NCBI GenBank assembly: GCA_963733295.1
Contig: CAVTCS010000003.1
Location: forward strand, 832,001 to 896,000
DNA length: 64,000 nt
Reading direction: 5' to 3'
DNA from: Vulcanimicrobiota bacterium
GTDB taxonomy: Bacteria; Vulcanimicrobiota; Vulcanimicrobiia; Vulcanimicrobiales; Vulcanimicrobiaceae
Shown here: in pieces, positions 39,083 to 48,275 of the stretch
Layout: every line of letters begins with the position of its first letter
How positions within the stretch are numbered: the first letter of the stretch is position 1
Translations under genes and position numbers: made by a program
The notes under the pieces: model-generated
Seen by the model: the letters and a program-made list of their open reading frames with translations, nothing else
Databases searched by the model: none
What the model was told of the DNA's origin: nothing

Positions 39083-39146
39083 ACTTCTAAGCCGCAAGCA
39101 GGCCCAGGAATTGGCCGAATCGTGCGTAAAGCGGCCAGGCCAAAGC

Positions 39147-39221
39147 GCCCCTGTAGCTCAGCGGTAGAGCACGTCATTGGTAATGACGAGGTCATGGGTT
39201 CAATCCCCATCGGGGGCTCCA
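39147..39221 (+). tRNA. tRNA-Thr(GGT)
   Basis: GCCCCTG/CGGGGGC acceptor, CGTCA-TTGGTAA-TGACG, ends TCCA. Confidence 0.95.
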
Positions 39222-39321
39222 TCACTTTTTGCGAGTTCCTGTCCCCTAGCGGCGGCCAGAAGCGGCTCTGCAAAAGTGTGCGCCTGCGGCCGATAATAGT
39301 AGCAGCCGCAACCGGGCGGCC

Positions 39322-39428
39322 GGGGATGAGACCGATGTGTGACGAGGAGTACAGGCGGGGACGCTGACGCACCTCGCGAACGCAAAGGAGCCGACCCCTC
39401 GGTATCCCTCCGGTGGACGGCCTATCAC
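39322..39428 (+). ncRNA. Candidate structured cis-regulatory leader of flp (partial c-di-GMP-I/GEMM resemblance)
   Basis: Nested pairings GGGAT/ATCCC, ACCGA/TCGGT, TGTGT/ACGCA, CGAGG/CCTCG, and GGCG-GGGA-CGCT GNRA hairpin followed by GACGC. Confidence 0.4.
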
Positions 39429-39460
39429 TCACTTACCCTTATAAGCGAGCTAAACACCAA

Positions 39461-39613
39461 ATGACGCGCTTCCTCACTGACGACTCCGGTCAGGGCCTCG
39501 TCGAATATGCCTTGATCATCGCGCTCGTATCGATCGTAGCGATCGCGGCGCTGCAACTCCTTGGCGGAAAAGCCTCCAACACGCTTTCGAACGCGGCGGC
39601 TCAACTCTCGTAG
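39461..39613 (+). CDS. flp: Flp family type IV (Tad) pilin
   Basis: DDSG-QGLVEYALIIALVSIVAI prepilin/Flp motif, 50 aa. Confidence 0.93.
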   Translation: MTRFLTDDSGQGLVEYALIIALVSIVAIAALQLLGGKASNTLSNAAAQLS

Positions 39614-39642
39614 TTCGTTCGCCGGTTTTCTAGAGCACAGCC

Positions 39643-39672
39643 AGGGAGGTTGCCCAGCCTCCCTATATTTTC
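39643..39672 (+). terminator. Intrinsic terminator between flp and convergent aceB
   Basis: AGGGAGGTT...AGCCTCCCT stem followed by ATATTTTCTT. Confidence 0.6.
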
Positions 39673-39685
39673 TTATCCTCGAGCC

Positions 39686-41206
39686 TTACACCGGATCGAA
39701 GGCGTGCTGCGAGATCATCGCCTGGCTGATTGTTCTCGCGCGCTCCAACGTCGCTATTTGCGCCCGGTCGGATTCGCCTTTTAGGCGCTGCAGCTCTTCG
39801 TCGAAGAGCGCGTTCACTTCGCCGGCTGTATGCACGCCGTGCTTGATCCGTTGGGCCACCATCAGCCGGTAGATCCGGTCGGTCGCGAGATCCTCCATGT
39901 AACCGTCAAGTAGGCTGGCGCCCTTTCCGTTCAGGTAGCCGTTGCGGTAACGGATGACAGTGCGCACCGCAGCGCGCGTACCCTCGGTGGACGTCTTTCC
40001 GACGCCGGCGACCGAAGGGCGAAGATCGGGTTGCGAATCGAAGCCGGGCTTGAAGCTGCCGAGCTGGTTTGGGTTCGGAAACTGCGCGACGGCGATTGCA
40101 TTCTGGTCCGGATGACCGGTCCAGGCGCCGTCCATCAGACAAGTCGCCTCGTTCTTCTTGTCTTGCTCGAGGACCGCGAGCGCGCGGGCGTTGAGTTCGG
40201 GATCTTCGCGACTCGGATAGAGCGCGGTCATGCCGCCGATTGCGAGCATGCCGTGTTTGTGACAGATCGACGGAATCAGGAGTCGCAAGTTTTGAAAGAA
40301 CGAAACATCGTGCGGGATCGTATTGCGGTCGGGCAATACCCACGCCGGATCTTCGAAGTTGAAGTGAATCAAGCTTGCCATGTAATCCCAGCGCCCGAGG
40401 TTGAGACCGAGCAAATGCTCGCGCAGGTTATACGCGAACTCTTCGAGCTCGAAGGCTAGCGGGTGCGCCTCGACGAGCGCCATACACTTTATGGCGTCTT
40501 TCGGCTGTCTCTTGCTCTCGGCGAGCGCTTGGAGAACGTCGCGCCACCACAGCGCCTCTTCGGCCGACTCCGACTTGGGAATGTAGATGCTCAGCGGGTG
40601 TTTGAGGCGGGAAAAATCGACTTGGTAGGCGAGTAGCGCGAGATCGAAGAGCGACGCCGAGGTCAATTCGTCCGGATAGATTCCCGCCTGACTCAGATGC
40701 AGACCGCGAACCCGCGTCCAAATGACCGTCGACGACGGGTTGATGCCGACGGTGGCGCCGCGTTTTTGGTCTTCGTACGACAGTTCACCGTACAGCGCGG
40801 ATAAGACGTTCCGCATGCCGAGCAGCGTGTGATCCCACTCGTTGACCATCGAATCTTCGAGGTCGAGCATGACGCCGGGCGCTCCCGAGTTGAGCATCTT
40901 GACGACGAGATCGGCTTCGTCGGCGGGGCCCGTCATCTGATTGCGCTGGTCTTGCACCCACGCCGGTAGGTCGATTCGCCAGCTCTGCGTCGTCGCGGCC
41001 GATGGCGGCAAATAGTGTGGTAGGCGACCGGCATGCGCTGCGGCGAGCACGTGTTTGCGCTTCGCGGCGAGCTCCTGCTGACGTGCGGCGAAGCGCTCGT
41101 GGAAGGGACGATAGTAGGCCGCGAAACCGTCCGGTAAATCGCGATCGATATCGAAGCCGGCCGGCGTTGAATTCATCGGGGCGAGCTCGCTTTGCGCGAG
41201 GGTCAC
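39686..41206 (-). CDS. aceB: Malate synthase (A type)
   Basis: QMTGP, MLDLEDS, YIPK, GLNLGRWDY, AIGGM, DGAWTGHP, MEDLAT; GTG start with GAAGGAG SD. Confidence 0.92.
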   Translation of the reverse strand: MTLAQSELAPMNSTPAGFDIDRDLPDGFAAYYRPFHERFAARQQELAAKRKHVLAAAHAGRLPHYLPPSAATTQSWRIDLPAWVQDQRNQMTGPADEADLVVKMLNSGAPGVMLDLEDSMVNEWDHTLLGMRNVLSALYGELSYEDQKRGATVGINPSSTVIWTRVRGLHLSQAGIYPDELTSASLFDLALLAYQVDFSRLKHPLSIYIPKSESAEEALWWRDVLQALAESKRQPKDAIKCMALVEAHPLAFELEEFAYNLREHLLGLNLGRWDYMASLIHFNFEDPAWVLPDRNTIPHDVSFFQNLRLLIPSICHKHGMLAIGGMTALYPSREDPELNARALAVLEQDKKNEATCLMDGAWTGHPDQNAIAVAQFPNPNQLGSFKPGFDSQPDLRPSVAGVGKTSTEGTRAAVRTVIRYRNGYLNGKGASLLDGYMEDLATDRIYRLMVAQRIKHGVHTAGEVNALFDEELQRLKGESDRAQIATLERARTISQAMISQHAFDPV

Positions 41207-41262
41207 GGTAGGAACGCTCCTTCGAGTGTGCGGTTCGCGCCGGCGCGGTCCGGCTGCAACCT

Positions 41263-42744
41263 TCAGCGGGCCTTCCGCCCGGTAACATTCGACCCATTTC
41301 CACCAGGCGCGAACGTTGCCGCAGGCACCGAGATGGAAGGACGAGCCGCAAGCCTGATAGCGAACCACGCGAGGGCTAACATGCCGGCCAACGTCGGAAC
41401 GCGTGCCAAATCGAAGGCGAGCAAGTTCGCGTGAGCGACCGTGCGGACGTACAGCCCCCAGCTCGTTTCCGCCAATGCGTGCGGGTCGTAGTTCGCAGCG
41501 AGCAGCGAGTCCGGGTCGGGCGCCGGCGCCCCAACGAGGCCGAGCAGGCTCGCGACGAAGCCGATCACGACCAGAGCCAACACGCCGATTCCAGCCGGAC
41601 GCATTTCGCCCAACGTGCGGCCCAAAACCGCGGCTGCAATTGCCGCGAGGATTCCGAACGCGGTGCCGAGCGTCGTGAATTGGACCCACGGAATTGCGAG
41701 CAGGATGAGAATCGCGACGAGCGCCCGACGCAGTTCCGGAACGCGCGCGTAGAGCAAGAGCGCGCACGGGAGTGCCGCCGGCATTTGCGCGATGTGCAAA
41801 AACGGGCCGCCCACTAGCGCTAGCGCGGGAGGCAACGCGGCGATCATTCCCGGGCTGCGCAGCCTTCGCGCAAGTGGTGCAGCGATCGTGCAGCCGAGCG
41901 CGAGGGCCGCGAGATACGAGAGCGTGCCGAGGCGAAGCGCAAGCTCGTCGCTGCCCCCCAAGCGGTGCGCGAGGTAGCTCAGGCTGAACTGTTTTTCGTT
42001 GGCGAGCTCGGAGAGTGCGTGGGCCGGAACGACGCTGCGCCCATATTCCAGTGCGGTAGCCGGACCGACGAGCCACACCGAGCAGCCGGTGAAGACGAGC
42101 GCCGACAGCGCGAGCGGCAGCCGCGAACCGCTCCTCCACACGAAAAGCGCGACGCAGGCTGGGAGCCCGAGGTGGGGTTCGAGCATAGCGAACGCGGCGG
42201 CCCAGCCGGCGGCCGCGTCGCGCCGCTCCTGGGCGAACATCGTCGCCAGGGCGAGCCCCGCGACCGCCAGCGGGGCGAGCTGTCCGAGGCTGATCGACGC
42301 ATAGCCGTCACCGAGCGCAAAGGCCGCGATGAGTGCGGTAAGCGGTAGTCCCGTCGCCCGCCGCATCGCGGCGACGGCGATCGCGACCGCCGCCACCAGG
42401 ATGATGCACCAAAGGGTCGCCGCGACCGCGTACGGCAGCCGCGCCAGCAGGGCGAACGGCAGCAGCGCGTAGGGCGGAAGGGGCGCCGGGACGGCAAGCC
42501 CCGCGCGACCGGTCGAAAAGGGCGGCGCTTGGGGCAGCCGTTCGCAGCTTCCCAGGGGCTCGGCGCGGTAGGGATCGGCGCCCTCGGCCACCGCCGAGCC
42601 CGCGCAGTAGAACGCGTTGAAGTCCCGCAGAAAGCCGCTTGGACGCGCGGCCGGGTCGAGGGCGAAGAGCGCGCCGAGCGCAATGGCGAGCGCAACGAGG
42701 CCGAGCGTCTTCGTGCTGCGAGCGCCGCGCGCCGGGTCGTCCAT
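41263..42744 (-). CDS. GT87-like (GT-C) membrane glycosyltransferase
   Basis: DFNAFYCAG, DPY, PLPPY, LGQ, many TM segments. Confidence 0.75.
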   Translation of the reverse strand: MDDPARGARSTKTLGLVALAIALGALFALDPAARPSGFLRDFNAFYCAGSAVAEGADPYRAEPLGSCERLPQAPPFSTGRAGLAVPAPLPPYALLPFALLARLPYAVAATLWCIILVAAVAIAVAAMRRATGLPLTALIAAFALGDGYASISLGQLAPLAVAGLALATMFAQERRDAAAGWAAAFAMLEPHLGLPACVALFVWRSGSRLPLALSALVFTGCSVWLVGPATALEYGRSVVPAHALSELANEKQFSLSYLAHRLGGSDELALRLGTLSYLAALALGCTIAAPLARRLRSPGMIAALPPALALVGGPFLHIAQMPAALPCALLLYARVPELRRALVAILILLAIPWVQFTTLGTAFGILAAIAAAVLGRTLGEMRPAGIGVLALVVIGFVASLLGLVGAPAPDPDSLLAANYDPHALAETSWGLYVRTVAHANLLAFDLARVPTLAGMLALAWFAIRLAARPSISVPAATFAPGGNGSNVTGRKAR

Positions 42745-42821
42745 CCCAAGACTATCGGCTGCCCCTCGCGCTTTTCCCGGTGGAGGACGTTTTGAGGACG
42801 GCCGGAGTGCTCCCATGAGTC

Positions 42822-44282
42822 ATGTTTGCGAGCACGAAAGAACTCGGCGTCGGCGTGGCCTACTCGGCGGCGCTGGCTGAGGTCCTGGACCTTGGCGAGG
42901 TCGACGTCCTTGAAATCGAGCCGCGGATGCTGTGGCATCCCGAAGACGATGCGGGTGCGGAGCTCGACCTGGAGTCGTTCTCCCGTCTGGCGGCCTTGCC
43001 GCAGCAGAAGATCGTGCACTCGTCGGCCCTTCCCGTTGGCGGCAGCCTGCCGTTTGACGCTGCGACGTTGGCGCTGCTCGGTCGCAGCGCCGGTCTTTTG
43101 GGTGCGCGCTACCTGAGCCAGCACCTGGGTTTCGATCGCATCGAAATCGACGGCGAGGAACGCTTTACCGGAATGCTTTTGCCGCCGCGTCACACCGAAG
43201 CCGGCGTACGTCGAGCTGCTGCTTCGCTCAAAGAGTTGCGCGGCACGCTCGAGCTCGAGGTCGCGTTCGAGACCGGGGTCAGCTATCTGCGCCGTGCGGC
43301 AGGCGAAATGCCCGACGGCGAATTCTTCGCGCGGATCGCGAGCGAAGCGGACTGCGGCATCCTGCTCGATTTGCACGACGTCGTCACGAACGAGCGAAAC
43401 GGCGGCGACCGGGCGTACGAAGTGGTTGCGGCGCTGCCGCGCGAGCGAGTGTGGGAACTTCACTTGGCGGGCGGCTACGCGTACGGCGGATTCTGGATCG
43501 ACGCGCACAGCGGAACGATCGATCCGTACGCCTTCGAGCTGGCCGAAGCGACGGTCGGGGATTTCCCCAACCTGCGCGCAATCGTCTTCGAGATCGCGCC
43601 TGGCTTCGTCGACAATCTTTCACCCGAAGCTGCCGCCGAGCAAATTCAACTCCTGCGCAAACTCTGGCGCAGGCGCGCGCGCCGGCGAGCCGTTTTCTCG
43701 TGCACGCCCGCAATGGCGGTCGAAGTTCCCGCGGAGATCGAGTTAGGCGACTGGGAAACAGCGCTCGGGTCGATTGCGCTGGGACGGATTCCCGAAGGAG
43801 AGTTTGCAGACTTGGCTGCCGATCCAGCCGCGGCGTTGCTCAGCGATCTCGTCGACGGGGCGCGCGAGGCAACGCTGTTCGAGCGCCTGCCGCTGACGAT
43901 GCGCCTGCTCTCCGCAAGTCTCGGCGCCGCCGCGTTTCGATCGCTGCTCTTTTCGTACTTACGGGCGCGCTCGCCCGAACCGTTTGCCGCACTCGAAGTC
44001 GGCCATTTCTTGACGTTCGTCGAACGCGAAGCCGCAATCGTCGCGTATCTCGACCGGGTGATCGCTCTCGAGCGCGCAACCCTCGCCGCGGCGAACGGCG
44101 AACCGCAGGAAGTTCGCTTCGATTGCGACCCGGCGAAACTGCTCGCGGCGCTGGCAGCGCGGAAAGCGCCGCGCGCCGTGCCGGCCGGCGACTACCTGGT
44201 GCGCCTGCGCGGGGCGCAGATGGAGATCATCGACCGGAGCAACAGCATGAACCGCGCCCGGCCCGTGAGGCGCAGCGCTTAG
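42822..44282 (+). CDS. DUF692 family multinuclear non-heme iron-dependent oxidative enzyme (MNIO) with ~200-aa C-terminal extension
   Basis: LGVG start, IVHS, SQHL, AFET, LLDLHD, ELHLAGG, IDAHS, IVFE match the DUF692 iron-ligand pattern. Confidence 0.85.
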   Translation: MFASTKELGVGVAYSAALAEVLDLGEVDVLEIEPRMLWHPEDDAGAELDLESFSRLAALPQQKIVHSSALPVGGSLPFDAATLALLGRSAGLLGARYLSQHLGFDRIEIDGEERFTGMLLPPRHTEAGVRRAAASLKELRGTLELEVAFETGVSYLRRAAGEMPDGEFFARIASEADCGILLDLHDVVTNERNGGDRAYEVVAALPRERVWELHLAGGYAYGGFWIDAHSGTIDPYAFELAEATVGDFPNLRAIVFEIAPGFVDNLSPEAAAEQIQLLRKLWRRRARRRAVFSCTPAMAVEVPAEIELGDWETALGSIALGRIPEGEFADLAADPAAALLSDLVDGAREATLFERLPLTMRLLSASLGAAAFRSLLFSYLRARSPEPFAALEVGHFLTFVEREAAIVAYLDRVIALERATLAAANGEPQEVRFDCDPAKLLAALAARKAPRAVPAGDYLVRLRGAQMEIIDRSNSMNRARPVRRSA

Positions 44283-44890
44283 CGGACACCCTGCAACAGC
44301 GGGCGCAAGAACATATCGGCGAATCCGAGCAACGCCACGCCGGCTCCCAGGAGCAGCCAGTCCTCTTTGCGCAGGACGACCGTCTCGGGAAGGTCGCGAG
44401 CGGGCATGCGACCGTACTCGCTGTCGAGCTCGACGTATTTGCCTTCGAATATCCGAACGTTCGCGGCTGCGGGCAAATGATGCGCAAGCGCGCCGACATC
44501 CGCAACGATGGCGTTCCCGTTCTTACCGTCCGTCAACCGAAACGAGACGCGAAACCGGCCGAACGTTCCTCGTACAAAGCTGCCGGGCAGATAGGTAACG
44601 GAGGTGATCGTGGCGCTGGCCACGCTGCATGCGCCCGCGCTGACCGGCGACGATAGGCTGCTTTGGCACGACGCATCGCTCGAATAGCGAGAAGCCGCCG
44701 CTCCGGCTGACGGCAGCGACGCGAGCTCCCAGACCACCACTCCCATACCACACGCGATCTCCAACAGCATGCGCGCCCGGCGCCCCCCCGGCGATTCCCT
44801 GGAGGGGCCGCGATAGAACACGACGACCAGCAGCACTACCACAAATGGCAGCGCATAGAGCCACGTCGAGAACGGAATCGGAACGAACAC
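44279..44890 (-). CDS. Hypothetical membrane protein
   Basis: Three hydrophobic segments flanking a soluble domain with two Cys. Confidence 0.55.
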   Translation of the reverse strand: MFVPIPFSTWLYALPFVVVLLVVVFYRGPSRESPGGRRARMLLEIACGMGVVVWELASLPSAGAAASRYSSDASCQSSLSSPVSAGACSVASATITSVTYLPGSFVRGTFGRFRVSFRLTDGKNGNAIVADVGALAHHLPAAANVRIFEGKYVELDSEYGRMPARDLPETVVLRKEDWLLLGAGVALLGFADMFLRPLLQGVR

Positions 44891-45341
44891 GAGCGGTCGC
44901 TTCGTGGGATTGCGACGTCGCAGCCTCTTTCTCTTTGGAAGAGGGCACGATTGGGCCGCAGACTCCGCACTGGAACCTGCGGCCCTGGATCAAAAGCCTA
45001 GCAGCGCGTTTATCGCCTCAACGATGAGACCGGCTGCCACGCTCGCAAATATCGCATCCGCGAATTTCTGCTCTGATCTGCTTGCGAACGGTGCGATGCG
45101 CCGTCCGAGTGGCAAGCGCCACACTCAAGTTATCGACTGAAGCGGGAGGTTCGGCGCTATGACGGCCACCACACTCCTCGCCCGCGTCGGTCCGCCGGCG
45201 CGTGTGGGCGGCCCATTGACAGGGCTCGTCCGGCTCGGCGCCCGGGCGATGGGCCTGGACGGTGCACCGCAGACCGGGAAAAGCGTCAACTCGCCGAAAT
45301 CAGAGCGGCCGAGAAGGCCGTTCGAAGCCGTTCTCAGGTGC

Positions 45342-45419
45342 GCGCCCGTAGCTCAAACTGGATAGAGCGGGGGACTCCTAAGCCTCAGGTTGGACGTTCG
45401 AATCGTCTCGGGCGCACCA
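45342..45419 (+). tRNA. tRNA-Arg(CCT)
   Basis: GCGCCCG/CGGGCGC acceptor, CTCCTAA anticodon loop (A31-G39 mismatch), ends ACCA. Confidence 0.9.
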
Positions 45420-45543
45420 TTCAGTTTCGCGGAAAGCCGCCTTCCTTTGCGGGGGCGGCTTCCCCAGTGTGCCGTAACTCGTCGGCTCGGGCCTGGGCGC
45501 TCCAGACGCCGTTTCGGCTCCCCCGCGCACCCGAGCGGCGAAC

Positions 45544-47409
45544 TTACGGACTCGCGTGACGCTGCATGAACGATAGCGTCCACTGATAGATCGCGACAAG
45601 GTTCTCGAGATGTGAGACACCGTGTCCTTCGTTTGCGAAGACATGCAACTCTGCGGGAACCCCGCTTTGCCGTAGTGCCTGGGCAATGTGCTTGCTTTGG
45701 GAAATCGGCACGATCGTATCGTTCGCGCCGCCGATGATGAGGACGGGCCGCTTGATCTCGGAAACGTGATTGATCGGCGAAATGGAAGCCAGAAACGCTC
45801 GATCGCGCGCGAGCGATCCGTACACGCCTTCCCGGTTGGCGCGACGCTCGGGCGCGGTCTTTTCTAGGAAATCGACCCAGTCGGCGACGCCGTAGACATC
45901 GATGCCGCCGGCCCACGCATAAGGATAGTGATAGAGACTCGAAAGGACGATGTAGCCACCGTACGATGCGCCGTTGACAAAGACGTCGTTTCTCGCCGCA
46001 TCGCCCGATGTGACGAGCCATTGGCGTAACGCCGCAACGTCCTTCACCGCGTTCTCGCGCTTGCGCCCGTCGGCCAAGTGCAGATACGTTCGTCCGTAGC
46101 CGGTGCTTCCCCGAATGTTCGGATCCAATAGGGCGTAGCCGCGCGATGCCAAGTACTGTGCAAACGGATAGAACCAGGCGCGGTCTTGTTCCTCGGGACC
46201 GCCGTGGATATCCAGCAGCACGGTCAGTTTGCCCTTGTGCGACTTCGGCCGAAAGTACCACGCAGGCACGATCAATCCGTCGAAGCTTCTCACGTGTACG
46301 ACCTGCGGCTCGACGAGCGAGTCTTGCGGGATTCCGTGAAAGTTCGGCTGATTGAGACGAGACGTCTTGTGCGATTGGAGATCGTACGCCCAGATGACCT
46401 TTGGGAACGTCGGCCCCGAGGCCGCGTACAGCAGCACCCGGCCGCCTTTGATGAAGGCGAGGGTCTCCGCAATGCTCGGCGGCATCGCCGGGCCCCCGAC
46501 GGCAGATCCCGTCGACGCATCGGCTAGAACGACATCGCCGAATCCTTCGCGGTTGACGATGTACGCCATCCGCCGACCGTCCGGGGAGAGCAGAACTTGA
46601 TCGATGTCGTTCGGTATCTGGAGAACCGGTCGGATTGAACGCGTTCCGATGTCGATGCGTTGTATGGTGCGAAACTCGCGGTTGAGGTCGGTTACGCAGA
46701 GGACGCTGCGCGCATCCGGCGTGAACTGCGAGCTATCGAACGTGGCCTGACCGCTGTGCGGCGTAATGAGCCGCGACGCTCCGGTTTGAAGATCGACGAC
46801 GTACAAATCGTCATCGTATGGACTGACGACGCGACGAACGATAAGGTGTCGAGCGTCTGGAGACCAAGCCGTGGCGTAGGCCGTTCCCTCAATGGTGTAA
46901 ACGCGCCGTACGGTCCCCGTGATCCGGTTCAGGACATAGACGTCAAAAACGCCGCTCTTACGCTTATTGGACGAAAACGCGAGCTGCGATCCATCGGACG
47001 AGAGGGCGCCGTAAACGTGCGTGACGGTCGGTTCTTTAGGAAAGAGCGGCACCGAGCCGAGCCGGTCGTCACGGGTAAGGTAAAATTGGTCGACGCCGCT
47101 TCCGCCTTGCGATTTGGCGTAAAGTATCGTGTGCGGATCGCGCGGCACCCATTGCGCGAAATCGACTGCGTCCTTACCGGCCGTGAGTTGACGGGAATGT
47201 TTCCCGTCGAAGTCCATCACCCAAACCTGCCAGCTACCGCTTTCCTCGCCCGTATAAGCGATACGCGCTCCGTCGGGCGACGCGGATTCCCAAGCGACAT
47301 CGGTCAGCTCGAGATAAGTGCGAAGCGGCAAATCCGCTGCCGGCAGCGGGGTCGCCTGGAGCGTAACAAGCGTGAAGGCGCATACCGCTGCACATTTGTT
47401 GTATCCCAT
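45544..47409 (-). CDS. S9 family peptidase (prolyl oligopeptidase / acylaminoacyl peptidase type), probably exported
   Basis: Propeller repeats (SPDG), HGGP, RGSTGYG, GASYGG (Ser), NDTIVP (Asp), EGHG (His). Confidence 0.92.
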   Translation of the reverse strand: MGYNKCAAVCAFTLVTLQATPLPAADLPLRTYLELTDVAWESASPDGARIAYTGEESGSWQVWVMDFDGKHSRQLTAGKDAVDFAQWVPRDPHTILYAKSQGGSGVDQFYLTRDDRLGSVPLFPKEPTVTHVYGALSSDGSQLAFSSNKRKSGVFDVYVLNRITGTVRRVYTIEGTAYATAWSPDARHLIVRRVVSPYDDDLYVVDLQTGASRLITPHSGQATFDSSQFTPDARSVLCVTDLNREFRTIQRIDIGTRSIRPVLQIPNDIDQVLLSPDGRRMAYIVNREGFGDVVLADASTGSAVGGPAMPPSIAETLAFIKGGRVLLYAASGPTFPKVIWAYDLQSHKTSRLNQPNFHGIPQDSLVEPQVVHVRSFDGLIVPAWYFRPKSHKGKLTVLLDIHGGPEEQDRAWFYPFAQYLASRGYALLDPNIRGSTGYGRTYLHLADGRKRENAVKDVAALRQWLVTSGDAARNDVFVNGASYGGYIVLSSLYHYPYAWAGGIDVYGVADWVDFLEKTAPERRANREGVYGSLARDRAFLASISPINHVSEIKRPVLIIGGANDTIVPISQSKHIAQALRQSGVPAELHVFANEGHGVSHLENLVAIYQWTLSFMQRHASP

Positions 47410-47483
47410 TTAACAACAGCGTAGCGAGCCCGCGCGCGTGGAGGCTAGCACCGGCGTCTCACCATTGTACGACTGTCTCGCGC

Positions 47484-48275
47484 TTAGCCGACGCTGCGCC
47501 GATACTCCGAAGGCGAAACGCCTAGCGCGAGCCTGAACCATCGATCGAAATGGCTCTGATCGTAAAATCCGCATTCCGCGGCGACGTCAGCTACGGGTCT
47601 GCGACTCTTACAAAGCGCTTCGACGGCGAGCTCGATTCGGGCTCGTCGCAGATAATCGCCCGGACTGCATCCGAAGGCGGATTTGAAATCGCGATAGAGC
47701 GTAGCGCGCGATACGCCGAGTTCGGCCGCCATTACGGGAATTGAGGGCGGCCGGCGCAGCGAGGAACGCATGAGCGCCGTGGCTCGCAAAGCCCGGGTGC
47801 GGCTGCCGCCGCTCAACTCCGCACCTCGAAGCGCGCGTCCCGCGAGCTCGTATGTCAGACCTTCCACGATCATTTCCGTGTACTCGTCGCAGCGCTGCAA
47901 TTCGTGATGCAGCTGCCAGACGACGCGTGCAAGGAGCGGATTGGTCAGCGCAGTCGGCTGCTTGACAGTCACGTGCGCGAACCCTCCGCTCGCATCCTCG
48001 GCCAGTGAAACTCGCATTAGCAACGCGGGCTCATGATCGAAGATCTGCGAGTGAGGCTCGTGCGCCGGATGTCCGACTCCCGTTCCCGGAGTGCAAAGAC
48101 GCCACCGCGCACCATATCGTTCGCGATACGATCCCTTCAACGTAAAGGTGAAGTACGATGATTCGTGCGAGTGGGTAGGAAGTGTCGATCCACCACGAAA
48201 CTCGCTCTCCGTGACAACGAACGGGCCGGCAATCCGACGTTGTACCAACTCGCCGTAATAGCTCGATGCGTCCAT
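47484..48275 (-). CDS. AraC family transcriptional regulator
   Basis: Cupin HSH motif; C-terminal HTH with CGFYDQSHF...GVSPSEYR. Confidence 0.92.
   Translation of the reverse strand: MDASSYYGELVQRRIAGPFVVTESEFRGGSTLPTHSHESSYFTFTLKGSYRERYGARWRLCTPGTGVGHPAHEPHSQIFDHEPALLMRVSLAEDASGGFAHVTVKQPTALTNPLLARVVWQLHHELQRCDEYTEMIVEGLTYELAGRALRGAELSGGSRTRALRATALMRSSLRRPPSIPVMAAELGVSRATLYRDFKSAFGCSPGDYLRRARIELAVEALCKSRRPVADVAAECGFYDQSHFDRWFRLALGVSPSEYRRSVG

Noticed and set aside
42815..42880. Short ORF MSHVCEHERTRRRRGLLGGAG as MNIO precursor
   Set aside because: Almost fully overlaps the MNIO start in another frame and has no leader/core character
44953..45020. In-frame TGA plus downstream hairpin as selenocysteine/SECIS
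   Set aside because: Hairpin begins more than 30 nt after the TGA, the TGA is not in a redox motif and the frame has no recognisable homologue
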